DNA of 51,066 nucleotides from Deltaproteobacteria bacterium (GTDB lineage Bacteria; Myxococcota_A; Polyangia; Fen-1088): NCBI GenBank assembly GCA_034439895.1, contig JAWXBF010000069.1, positions 1 to 51,066 of the forward strand, read 5' to 3'. Shown piece by piece: positions 1 to 10,873 of this stretch (position 1 is its first letter; each line of letters starts with the position of its first letter). The notes under the pieces were generated by a model. It saw only the letters and a program-made list of their open reading frames with translations, ran no database searches and was not told where the DNA came from. The position numbers and the translations under genes were made by a program.

Positions 1-3000
1 GTCGTAGAACATCCGGCTCACATTGCCCTTCGCGTCGGTCGTCGTCGCGAGTTGCCCGATCGGCCCGTAGGTGTAGCTCATCGTGCCGAGAAACCCGTTC
101 ATGTTTGACACCGCGCTCGCGGAAACCGTTCGTCCCAAATCGTCAGATTCCGTCACGCGCCGTTGACCGGTTGCATCCGTTAGCACCACGCTCAGATCGC
201 TGTAATACGTGCTGCTCCGCGCGACCACAGACATGTCGGGTGCACGCGTGATTTGGCCGGTCACGCGATCAAGTCGGTCGTACGTATACTCAAGGCGACC
301 GCGCGATGTCATCGGTACGTTGGCACCTGCGCTTCCTGCCGTGATTTCCTCAAACGGAATGTCCTCGCGAGCGACGTTCCCGAAAATGTCGTAGAACTTC
401 CGCGTTGACGTATACTTGTAGTACCCGGCTTCTCCCAGTGTGTTTCGCTTGGTAATGTAGATCGGTCGCCCCATCCGGTCGACCTGCTCGGTGGTAACTG
501 CGATCTCCGACAACACGCCACGCACCGGGCAATCGCCCGTACAGGTGCCGACGATGGTGATCTTGGCAAGTTCAGCCCAGTTCATCGGATTTCCCACGCG
601 GTAATCCGTCATCGTCACCAGTTTCTTTCCTTCCACTTCCCCGTTCGGGGTAACCGTCCACGCAGGCCTGAAGAACGTATCGTACCACGAGCGCGTGACA
701 TTGCCATTCAGATCCCGCGTCCAAACAGGTGCTCCGAACGCAGGATGTACGATCGTCGTCACATGGTGCCCCAGTGCGTTCTCGACCGTTTCGGGGAAGA
801 TGTTTTCCCTCTTGTCATAGGTCGTCGTCACCACCCGCGGAACCAAATTGAACGATGGATCGGCGGTCTCGATTTGCGAGATCACAAGACCAAACGAATC
901 ACGAATGTACTGAATCGTCTTCGATTCGGTCGGCACATTCGGCTGGATCCGCTGAAAATCGATCGCGCCTGTCGAGGGGTTGAAATCGTTGGTTTGCAGT
1001 TGCGTGACTTCGGCTCCACCCTCACGTTGCGTCTTGGCGATGACGTTCGGCAACCCCACAAACCAACGGGTGGCATCGGCAAAGTGGTCAAAGGTCTCGA
1101 CCGTAATTCGATCAACCGCTTTGCGAGCCCCGGTCGATACCAATGAGGCGCATCCCGCACCGGTCCTTTGCGTCGCAACCTTGCGCTTTGGTAAGCCGCC
1201 GACCATCACGTCCGAACTATATTCGATCGAAGTGTAGGTTTCTCGCTCGGGCCCCGGGCACGCCCCGGTGGCGTCGTCGAACGTCTCGACAATGCGGGTG
1301 TTGCGCACGTCCAGTGTGTTTCCTCCGTAGTACGTTACGTATTCGTAGGCATACGTGGTACGGGTGACGTGTTCCGTTCCGTTCGCGAGCGGAATACGTG
1401 CGATCGTTTCACGAGGTCGACCCGCCATGATGAACCCGAATCCGGGAGTTTCGTACACCAAGGTGTCGCTTGTGTTGGGATCGCCGTTGCTTCCCTGGTA
1501 ATAGCTGGTCTCGGTCGTCAGATATTTCTCGACACCACCGGTCGTGACCTTTCGGTCTTTGTCGACAACGGTGAACGACTCGAATCCGAGAAACGCTCCG
1601 CTGTCCTTGTCCCGGTATCCGCCAGCGTATTGGTATTCAAGCGTACGCCGGACCGCCATAGACTGCCCATCCGACGGTGCCAATCCGGCGTCGCTCTGTA
1701 CTTTGGACACCACCCACATCCCGACGTGCATGCACTCACGTTTCAGGATTTCCGAGCCCTCAATATTCTGACATGGACCCCGGTTATACGTTTTCCCAGA
1801 GTCTCCCCCGGATATCGGCACGTAGTCGATCGTTGTTGCCGACGTTGCGGGTCCCGCGCCGCGATGAATGCGTTTCAGCATGTCGGGTCGCTTGCTTACA
1901 CGAAGGTCGATCCAACTATCTCCGGCGAGATCCGCCATACCGTCCCCGTTGAAGTCAACGACTTGTTCGACAAATCGATACTGTGCCATCGGCGAGTACG
2001 GTTGCGTTACAGGATCGCCCCACGCGAGCCTCAACAACAGTCCTACCCCCGGTTCCGAGGCATGACGTAGTTTCTCTTTCTGCAAGTACACCGTGTGCCG
2101 ACTGCCGCCAGCCCACAGATCGTCTCTTCCGTCGAGATCCACATCCAATACGCGGTCCCCGCGGTCGCCGGAATTTCCTTTAGTGTTGTCGGTGGGATCG
2201 GTGAGAAATTGCGGATGTGAGCGCATGACCTTTGAAACGTCTGGCGGTGGGATTGACCATTCCTCTGCAGTAATGGATTCCTGCAACCCATCTCCGTTCA
2301 TGTCGATCTGCAGCGGCAATTCTGAAGGAACCCACACATTGCCCTCAAAAACCGCACGGGGAAAATCGACCTTCTCGAAGACACCGTCACCGTCGACGTC
2401 CCACAGGTACGTTCCCGATTCGTTGCTCGGCGTGTAGACGTCTTGCAGACCGGAAAAATCGTCTCCTTCGCCATAAGTATCGACGTACAACTCGTCTACG
2501 CCGTCCCCATTTGTATCACCTGATGACGCTTCTTTGAAGATCCGTGGCGGTGGTGGGAAGCAGGTGTAATGCCGATTTGTCCATTGGTTGTTGTCACACG
2601 AATCTCCCGGGTAGTAGAACCCCGGATTCCAGTAGCGAACACTGCGCACTGGAAACAGATCCTGTCTCAATCCGGTGTTGCCTGTTGCTCCAACCGTCCA
2701 AACCATGTGGTTCCAGTAGAAATCCATGAACAACTTTCCATCGGAACGTTCAAGAAACTCGACCCCTCTTGTAAGCTCCGGAATGTAAACTTCCTTGGAT
2801 CCCTTACCGTCCAAATCTACGACCATCGGCTCGGGCACGGGGTATCGCGACGCCATTGAGCGCGGTCGCGTGACTATGAAGAACGGTTCGACCGAGTAGG
2901 ACGGATAGGCCTCAGTGCCAACGCCATATTGGAAAAAGCGGTCCACCAGTACCTTCTGCGGCCCAAGGACATGCCGCCACACTCCGTCCGAACCTACGTG

Positions 3001-6000
3001 CGATTTATTTTCCCGATAGTAGTACCGAGCGGCGGCCATCTCATCGGTGTCCTTGAGTACCAACATGGCACCCCCAATAAATCGCGACTTGAAATTCGCC
3101 AATGGGCCCGAAACGACCACTGCCCATATCTTCTCCGGTAACCCATCCCGGTTGATATCCGCCCACTGCGTGTGGACTGGTGGGCTTTTCCGCATCCCCG
3201 TCGTTACCGCCGGATCGACATCGTTCGGTCCAAGGGGAATTGGATCGTTCTCAATCTCAAGACCGCCAGGACCCGTCGACAATCCCGTGAATCCGAATGT
3301 GCCCGGCTCATATTCCATCGTCGTTGCGGGACGGCAAACACCGTTGCCATCGCACTCTTTGACTGACGACAACAGTTCCCGACCGGTGATCGTCGTCCTG
3401 CCCGCCATGTTCGACCAATCCCCTGTCGGCGAGCTCTCGTTCGCGTGATACGTTATTTCGTATCGTTTCACTGTCCCCACGACTGTTGGATTCGGAGCCT
3501 TCATCAGAATCGCCGTCAACTTCTTCGTCGTGAGGCGAACGCCGACCCTGCTCGACGCTATCAAATCGTGCTGTGCACGGTCGGCATACTGGAACTCAAC
3601 TAAACGCGTGGCGAGAGGAAAAGTGTACGCGATCCGCAGTGGTCGCGTCTCAACCGTTTCTGTTCCCACCGTGGCCCACGCGGCCGAGGTGTGGTCGTAG
3701 GTCACGATCATCGCATTGCCAAATCGGTCTTCCAGCCTGGTCAAGTTCCACTGATCGCGGTACGCCGAGTAGGTCGCGATGCGCCCGCCCTTCTGGTAGA
3801 CCTTGAAGTCGTTTCCAACTTTTACGACCTTTGCAAACGATTCGACCTTCGTTCGATAGCTGCCGTCATTTAACCGCACCAACGGCGCTCCATCCAGGCA
3901 CAATGATGTCCGGGTTGCGTGGGTTGCGCTTACCCGCCGTGACACGCGACAATATTCGATCGTCGAAAAGTCTCCCGACAACGACCAACCCATACCCAGC
4001 AGACCATTGCCACCATTTGAGTTGTAGTTCAGGGACAAACTCGGCTGCATCCCATTTCGCCCAGGAGGGGTCCACAACGGAATCGAATATGTCGCAGAGC
4101 CATCTTGCGACACCTCGACTTTTCCGGGTAAAGGCTCAAGCGCCGACCCCACACGCGGCGGGATGATCTTGTCGCTTGCAATCGAGGACAGCAATGGCTC
4201 TAGCAAGTAATCCTTGCCCGCAACCGCCAACACCTTGCCCTCAGGCCCAGAGCTGACCGCACACGTGTTTGCCCCGGTCGCCGTCACAGAAACCGGTGCA
4301 GAGTTTCCCAACTTCCACGCAATCGTTTCACCCGGAGTCATTGTCACCACGAACGCCACCGGATTGCTCCCCGGCTTGAACCACGAAGGTTGCCCCCGAT
4401 CAGGTGCCCCCGGCGAAACCCTATTTGCGTTGCCTCCCGCAGCCGCGAACACGTTCAGCGTCGCAGCGCTGTTGTACCCAAACACCGCCCTATAGCCGTT
4501 GCTCTCCTGATAGACGCAAGCCTGCAGCTGTGTCACCGAACAAACTGGATCTTGAACGCCGGTCGTCACGCACAGGCCACCCGCGTTGCAAGAGCCCGCG
4601 CTACAAGTATTTGCAGTTGTACACTGCTGTCCCTGCGGTACCGTCGCCGTCGTGCATCCCGTCGCCGGGTTGCACGAATCGGTGGTGCAATCGTTGCCAT
4701 CGTTGCAAACCAAAGTTGCACCCGCATTGCATACCCCACTGGCGTTACACGTTTCCGCGCCGTTGCATGCGTTGCCATCGGCACATGACGAGCCCAGCGC
4801 CTTTGTCGCGTAGACACATCCCGCAACGGGCTCGCACATATCCTGCGTGCACGCGTTGCTGTCGTTGCATTCCAGTGTCGGCGCGCTCGCGCAAACCCCC
4901 GCTGAGCAAACTTCAGCACCGTTGCAAACGTTGCCATCCGAACACGACGTGCCATCCGGCCTGCCCGCACAGGGCGCCATCGGCAACGCCCGGCCCGTCG
5001 CGAACGCGATGGCTGCATCGAACAACGCCCACCCGTTGCCATTGAATGCGGATGCCGTATCACGCCCCGCGAAGAATCCCACACGAATGCCTGCCGCGAC
5101 GCCCACCTTCATCTGTGCTCCGGTCTCGTAAGCGTAAATTGCGGCCTGCGTTGGCTGCCCCACAATGGTCGCCGCAACGATTGCGCTTGCAGCTGGTTTT
5201 CCCCACACAAGCTTACTGGCAGCGCCGGTAATCGTGGCAATCTCGCGCAAGCCGCCGGCCAACGGATGCTCAGGGCGGGCAATTGCCAACTGCGTTTGTG
5301 ACAACGTCTCGCCGTAATCCGTCATCCATCCCAGACCCGTCATCCCCAAATCGTCTTGTATCGCTGGCTCGAAGGTGACGACCGGTTGCGTCATCGCGAC
5401 GTACTTGCCAGCCACATCGCCCGATGCGACCGACTCCGACACCACGACAAACTTCATGCCGGTTCCGTCGGTGGTGGCGCTCGCGGGGGGCTTGGATCGT
5501 CTTGACCGCGTATCCCTGTCCTTCGATGCGCGCTTTCAAAGCAGAGTCGGCCACCGACAACGTCCCCGTCGCCACCACCAACGCCGCATGCGGTTGCACA
5601 GCCCATTGCACAGCCGCATCAAACGCAGTCCATCCCTTGGTCGTGAAGGCCGCCGGCGTCAACGCGCCTGCAAAAAATCCGATTCGACGATGGGGAAACA
5701 CGAATCCGCCCTCGCCCGTGCTACCCATCGGATACCCGAAGATCGCCGCTTTTGTTGTGTCGCCAACGATCGTCGCCGCCTTGATGACTTGTGTGCTTGT
5801 CGGTCGTGCCCAGACGACTTTGGATCCGATTGCAGCAACCCGCTGCACACCGGTCAGCCCCGCAGCCAACGGATGCGTGCCAACGAAATTCAAATCGGTC
5901 AGCGGCTCGTCGTCTCCGATTTCAACGTCCCATGCCGTGATGACGGGTGCCATGCGCATTGAATGGTATATGCTTGGCTCAAGGCTGATGCACGGGATGG

Positions 6001-6976
6001 CGATGTTCAAAAATTTGTCGCCAACCAACGAGCTCACCGACGTCTCCGACACGACCACAAGGCTCTTGCCGTTGGCATCCGCCGTAACCGTCGCGGAATC
6101 ATCGACCACCACCACCTGAAAACCCAGCGACGTAAGGCGCGTTCGCAATGCCAGGTCCGACACGCTCAGCATCGGCTCGCCCACCACCATCAACGCTTGC
6201 CCAGCAGGATACGGATTCGATGGCGTGTCACGGTACAGATCACCTACCTCGAACGCGTCCAACGCTCGGCCGTACAGCCGCATTTCATCGAGTCGGCCGT
6301 TCCACGGCAACGCGCCACCTTGGCTGGAACCGAGGTGCAGGCTGAAACTGGAATCGAAATTCAACGTGGTCACGGACGGTGCACTGGCTGCTTCAACACC
6401 GTCGACGTAGATGCGCCTTGTGAATCCATCCCACGTCCCCACCAAATGGTGCCACACCCCGAACGATACCGGTGAGGTACAGGTTTGCGAGGCGTTGATG
6501 CCGAGACAAACGTGGCCACCCGGCCCTTGCAGCAAGTGCACGACCGTTCCGAGTGAGGTACTTCTCCTGTAGAAGACGTATTCGTCGGCGGGCGATGGTA
6601 CCGTGGTACGGTACACCCACGCCGACACCGTCAAAGATGTTTGCACGGCATTGAGTGATGGCGTGGGGGCTACCCGGAAGAATCGCCCTCCCCCCAGCGC
6701 AATGCCGCCCGCAACCTTGCCGGTGGTCCAGGTGGCAATGCCGCCGCCTTCAAGCAAACCGACGTGTCCGAAGGACGACGCATCGGCTGCGATCGTGCCC
6801 ACCGCATCGTCCATTCGCCAGTGGCCAATGAGGCCAACCCCCAGCGTCTGCGCCTTCTGCGAAGTTTCGACGGCTTCGCTTTGGGCCGGGCTTTCAGAGG
6901 GAGAACACCCCACAAACAAACCCAAAACGGGGGAAATCAACGCCAATAAGCAAACCAACCTGAGACGACACGACAT
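1..6976 (-). CDS. Giant putative lipoprotein Rhs/YD-repeat protein (LamG, 2x unknown domain, Cys-rich repeats, SpvB-like, FG-GAP-like, TcdB-midN-like, YD); one-base frameshift at 5485-5490; 3' end beyond window
   Basis: ATG 6976 with GGAGG upstream; hydrophobic leader ending LFVGC; LamG motifs (GHWRMDD, WHHLVGTWDG, RIYVDG, GRLDEMRLY). After the G6 run the next frame appears open to base 1: manual spot translation agrees, and the ORF track has no terminated ORF in that frame. It gives CNDSNACTQDMCEPVAGC repeats, SpvB-like DGSATYSIPLWTPPGRNGMQPSLSLNYNSNGGNGLLGMGWSL, DxNGDG loops (DINRDGLPE, DTNGDGVDE, DVDGDGVFE, DMNGDGLQE, DFNGDGMADL), YQYAGGYRDKDSGAFLGFESFTVVD and YD-type TDAKGNVSRMFYD. Confidence 0.85.
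5485..5490. repeat. G6 homopolymer (C6 on coding strand) at the frameshift point
   Basis: Removing one C gives TIQAPASATTDGTGMKFVVVSE, colinear without gaps with the first repeat copy VVDDSATVTADANGKSLVVVSE. Confidence 0.85.
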
Positions 6977-7015
6977 TCGAACCTCCGCTAGTCTATGGAC
7001 TGCGATCCATAACCA

Positions 7016-7043
7016 ATTACAACGGCCGCAACTGGTCAGTCAA
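7016..7043 (-). promoter_or_regulatory. Candidate sigma70 promoter for the Rhs gene
   Basis: TTGACT-N16-TGTAAT about 40 bp upstream of ATG 6976. Confidence 0.4.
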
Positions 7044-7132
7044 GCGAAACTTTTGGACGTGTTGATGCTGTAAGCGCCGCTAGTTTGACAACTATACGTC
7101 AATCACTTGACGGGCGTTTGCCGCGACCTGAA

Positions 7133-7495
7133 CTAAGGCGTTGGGTGCTGCATGCCCGGAGGCAGGGTCACCGGCAAGCGGAAGATCAAGTCCCCGAAGA
7201 CGCCCACGATAAGCAGGATGGCGAAGAAGACCGACAGCACGAAGACGAGTCGGTTGATGTTGCCCTCATCCCAGAGGTGCATGAAGAACATCACAACGAG
7301 CGATGCCTTGGTCGTTGCAATCGCCATGGCCAAGACGATGTTAAAATCGCCGAGGTCCATCTTGCCCGTCACGTAGGTCAAACCCGTGAAGACCAGAAGG
7401 ATCAGGTAAATCACCACGTAGCGCTTGATGCCGTGGTTCTCATGTGCGCCATGGGCGGCGTGTTCAGAATGGATATTTGCGTGATCTTGCGCCAC
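7133..7495 (-). CDS. ctaF: Cytochrome c oxidase subunit IV (caa3 type)
   Basis: Three TM helices with KASLVVMFFMHLW motif; His-rich N-terminus; GTG 7495 after AAGGTGA; last gene of the oxidase operon. Confidence 0.88.
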   Translation of the reverse strand: MAQDHANIHSEHAAHGAHENHGIKRYVVIYLILLVFTGLTYVTGKMDLGDFNIVLAMAIATTKASLVVMFFMHLWDEGNINRLVFVLSVFFAILLIVGVFGDLIFRLPVTLPPGMQHPTP

Positions 7496-7511
7496 AGCGG
7501 TCACCTTTGCG

Positions 7512-8177
7512 TCAGATGAGATACAGAAGCGGGAAGAGGAAGATCCACACCAAGTCGACCAAGTGCCAATAGAGGGCACCGAGCTCGACTCCGACGTAGT
7601 TGTCTTTGTGGTAGCGGCCCTTCAACGTGCGAACCAGGATGAAGATCAGCACCGTCATACCAATGATGACGTGAAGCGCGTGCAGGCCCGTCGTCATGAA
7701 GTAGATGGCAAAGAAGATGTTCGCGGGTCCGGGAGGTGCGCCTTCTCCGGTGTATTCGTACCACTTTCCCGGCAAGAGGCCCACGTGGAACTTGTGGCTG
7801 TACTCGCCGTACTTGATGAAAAGAAATCCGAAGGCGCAAACGATCGTGAAAACCAGAAGCCCGATGCCCTTTTTGATCTCGTTGACCTTGATGGCGTGAT
7901 ACGCCCAGGCAACCGTAAACGAACTGGAGATGAGCACCACCGTGTTGAGGGTGCCCATGTTCAAGTCGAGAAGCTTGGCGGCTGCCTGGAAGGTTTCCGG
8001 GTACATCCATCGGTAGACGGTGTAACCAAGGAACAGGCCGGCAAACAACAGAACTTCGGTCGCAAGGAACAGCCACATGCCGAGGCGTACGGCGTAGTTC
8101 TGGGTGGCGATGTCCTCGAAGTGATGGGCGAGATAGGCGTTCGGACCCGTCGTGGGGTGGGCTTCAGATGATGACAT
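7512..8177 (-). CDS. ctaE: Cytochrome c oxidase subunit III
   Basis: GMWLFLATEVLLF, NTVVLISSS, TGLHALHVIIG, YWHLVDLVWIFLFPLLY; ATG 8177 after GAGGAGG. Confidence 0.95.
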   Translation of the reverse strand: MSSSEAHPTTGPNAYLAHHFEDIATQNYAVRLGMWLFLATEVLLFAGLFLGYTVYRWMYPETFQAAAKLLDLNMGTLNTVVLISSSFTVAWAYHAIKVNEIKKGIGLLVFTIVCAFGFLFIKYGEYSHKFHVGLLPGKWYEYTGEGAPPGPANIFFAIYFMTTGLHALHVIIGMTVLIFILVRTLKGRYHKDNYVGVELGALYWHLVDLVWIFLFPLLYLI

Positions 8178-9831
8178 GTTCAGCCTCCTCACCTTTCTTG
8201 CGGTAGGTATACGGATCTTCGTCCACGACCGGCGTCGTGTGAAAGTTTTCGGTCGGAGGCGGAGAAGAAGTCTTCCATTCGAGACCCGAGGCTCCCCATG
8301 GATTGTCACCGGCCACGCGGCCATTCTTGATCGCGTAGATGAGGTAGATCGCGATGGTGATAAAGCCCATGGCGGTCAGAACTGCGCCTGCTGTCGCCGC
8401 CACGTTCAAGGACTGGCCATCGGCCGCGTACATGTAGTAACGCCGTGGCGCGCCCATGTTGCCGAGCAAGAACATCGGTATGAAGGTGGTCGAGAGGCCC
8501 ACGATGATGAAGGCGGCTGAAACCATGCCCCAGCCTTCGTGGTACATGCGCCCGAAGATCTTCGGGAACCAGTAGTGCAACGCCGCGAGGAAACCCATCA
8601 GCGTTGCGCCAACCATGATGTAGTGGAAGTGGGCGACGACGAAGAGCGTGTCGTGCCAGAACACATCGAGCGAAACGGTCGAGAAGACGATGCCCGTCAT
8701 GCCGCCGAAGACGATGAAGTACAAGAAGCCGCACACGTAAAGGAACGGCGTTTTCAGGCTAATCGAGCCGCGATACAGTGTCCCGATCCAGTTGAACACC
8801 TTGATGGCCGTGAACACGCCAACCAACATCGAGACGATGCCAAATGCGCCAGCGTCCATCGGGGACTGTCCCGACATGAACAGGTGATGGCCCCAGGCGA
8901 AGAACCCGACGAACGCGATACCAAGTGACGAATACGCCACCATGCTGTAGCCGAAGACGTTCTTGCGCGAGAAGGTCGCAACCGTCTCACTGATAACGCC
9001 CATCGCGGGCAAGATCATGATGTACACGGCGGGATGCGAATAGAACCAGAACATGTGCTGGAACAGAATCGGATCGCCACCCTTGGCCGGGTCGAAAAAG
9101 CCAAAGCCGAACACGCGCTCGATGCCGGTGATGAACGCAGTCAAACCGATGACGGGCGTTGCGAGAATCTGAATGACGCTGGTCGCGTAGGCGGCCCAAA
9201 CGAAAAGCGGCATGCGCATCCAGGTCATCCCCCGTGGGCGCATCGTGTGAATCGTCACGATGAAATTCAAGCCGGTCAGAATCGACGAGAAGCCGATGAT
9301 GAACACGCCCATCAACGCGGGGAACAGTTCGGCGGGTGTGCTGAGGCTGTAGGGCGCGTAGAACGTCCACCCCGCATCCACGCCACCGGTGGCCATGCTG
9401 GTGACCAGCAACGCAGCACCCGCAATGTAGACGTAGACCGACAACAGGTTCAGACGTGGGAACGCCACGTCCTTGGCACCCAACATGAGTGGCAACATAA
9501 AGTTGCCGAAGATCCCGGGAATGGCCGGAATCATGAACAGGAAGATCATGGCCACCGCATGCAGCGTGAACGTACGGTTGTACGTGTTGGCGCCCATGAT
9601 GGTTTCACCCGGCGTCAAGTGCTCGATGCGAACACCCATCGCCAGAATGCCACCGAGCAAGAAGCCGGCGAGCGTCAGCACCAGATACATCAGCGCAATG
9701 CGCTTGTGATCCAGCGTGAACAGCCAGGACTTCAGACCGCGGGTCTGATTGAGGTACGTGATCGCAGGCAGTTGCAACGGTGCGTCTGCCACGATGGCGT
9801 CAGTTGATTGTGGACGGCTGGACGGGTCCAT
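8164..9831 (-). CDS. ctaD: Cytochrome c oxidase subunit I, heme-copper oxidase family A2
   Basis: DHKRI, AFPRLN, GWTFYAP, WFYSHPAVYI (YS motif = A2 type), WGHHLF, HDTLFVVAHFHY, PRRY; ATG 9831 after AAGGAG. Confidence 0.97.
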   Translation of the reverse strand: MDPSSRPQSTDAIVADAPLQLPAITYLNQTRGLKSWLFTLDHKRIALMYLVLTLAGFLLGGILAMGVRIEHLTPGETIMGANTYNRTFTLHAVAMIFLFMIPAIPGIFGNFMLPLMLGAKDVAFPRLNLLSVYVYIAGAALLVTSMATGGVDAGWTFYAPYSLSTPAELFPALMGVFIIGFSSILTGLNFIVTIHTMRPRGMTWMRMPLFVWAAYATSVIQILATPVIGLTAFITGIERVFGFGFFDPAKGGDPILFQHMFWFYSHPAVYIMILPAMGVISETVATFSRKNVFGYSMVAYSSLGIAFVGFFAWGHHLFMSGQSPMDAGAFGIVSMLVGVFTAIKVFNWIGTLYRGSISLKTPFLYVCGFLYFIVFGGMTGIVFSTVSLDVFWHDTLFVVAHFHYIMVGATLMGFLAALHYWFPKIFGRMYHEGWGMVSAAFIIVGLSTTFIPMFLLGNMGAPRRYYMYAADGQSLNVAATAGAVLTAMGFITIAIYLIYAIKNGRVAGDNPWGASGLEWKTSSPPPTENFHTTPVVDEDPYTYRKKGEEAEHVII

Positions 9832-10873
9832 AGACCGGCTCCTTCGATTCCAGGTTGTCCAGACGGTCGGTCCGGAGCGATTTGATGAACTCAACCAGAG
9901 CTGCGGCCTCGGGCGCCGTCAACTTGCCGCGATACGACGGCATCACCTGCTGGTATCCCTTCACCACCTTGGCGTACGGATCCATCATCGATTCGGTGAG
10001 GTAGCCCTCTTCCGCGGTGATGGTCTCGCCGGAAAGCAACAACGTCTTGCGCATGTACAGATCGGTCCAGGTTGGACCAATGTGTTGCTCGCCGTCCGTG
10101 CTGTGACACTTGAAACAGCCTTGGGCAGCGGCCACGCGTTTGCCATAGCTCACGAGATCGTTTCGGAACTCGGTAGACGAACCCGTCGTGCTGCTTGAGT
10201 CGATGCGATTCGTATGGCCTGCACGTTGTTTCACAAGCCAGGCATCGTAGTCGGCAGGTGCCAACACCACAACCTCGGCCAACATCTGCGAGTGCCACGT
10301 TCCGCAGAACTCGGTACACATCACGGGGAATCGACCCACCTTGGTGGCCTCAAACCACAGTTCGGTGTAACGGCCGGGAACCACGTCCTGCTTGACGCGA
10401 AAATCAGGGACAAAGAACGAGTGAATGACGTCGCGGCTTGTCATGAGCAAACGAACAGGTCGGTTCGCTGGCACGTGCAACACGGCGTTTTCATTCGGAC
10501 CGTCTGGGTGCGCGAAGTGCCACATCCATTTTTTTCCGGTGACGTATACGTCGGTCGCGTTCGCAGGCGGCGTGGTCATCCAAAGATAGTCTTTGAATCC
10601 GATATAGAACCAGGCAAGGAAAATCACGGTCGGTACCGAGATCGCGACGAACTCGAACTTGCCGCTCGGATGAACGATGGGCGTGCTCGCGTTCTTCGTG
10701 CGCTCCCGGTACTTGAACATCAGGATCAACGACACGCCACCGGTAACGAGGGCCGACAGCATCGTGACGATAAACATCACATAGTGCAGCCGATCCACGT
10801 TTTGGGCGAACGTTGAAGCTTGCTCAGGCAGCCACAGAAGCCGACGCATCAACTCTTCAAGGAACGCAATCAT
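9800..10873 (-). CDS. ctaC: Cytochrome c oxidase subunit II with fused C-terminal cytochrome c
   Basis: CuA ligands DVIHSF...CTEFCGTWHSQM; heme c motif CFKCH and distal MPSY; ATG 10873 overlaps the SCO stop (ATGA). Confidence 0.96.
   Translation of the reverse strand: MIAFLEELMRRLLWLPEQASTFAQNVDRLHYVMFIVTMLSALVTGGVSLILMFKYRERTKNASTPIVHPSGKFEFVAISVPTVIFLAWFYIGFKDYLWMTTPPANATDVYVTGKKWMWHFAHPDGPNENAVLHVPANRPVRLLMTSRDVIHSFFVPDFRVKQDVVPGRYTELWFEATKVGRFPVMCTEFCGTWHSQMLAEVVVLAPADYDAWLVKQRAGHTNRIDSSSTTGSSTEFRNDLVSYGKRVAAAQGCFKCHSTDGEQHIGPTWTDLYMRKTLLLSGETITAEEGYLTESMMDPYAKVVKGYQQVMPSYRGKLTAPEAAALVEFIKSLRTDRLDNLESKEPVYGPVQPSTIN

Noticed and set aside
209-5231. Many short ORFs on both strands over the left end
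   Set aside because: Shadows of the long minus-strand Rhs frame; no motifs of their own.
5270-5484. C-terminal ~70 aa of the 568-aa ORF (RERHHRRNRHEVC...) as genuine protein
   Set aside because: Out-of-frame read-through after the G6 run; the other frame continues the repeat domain.
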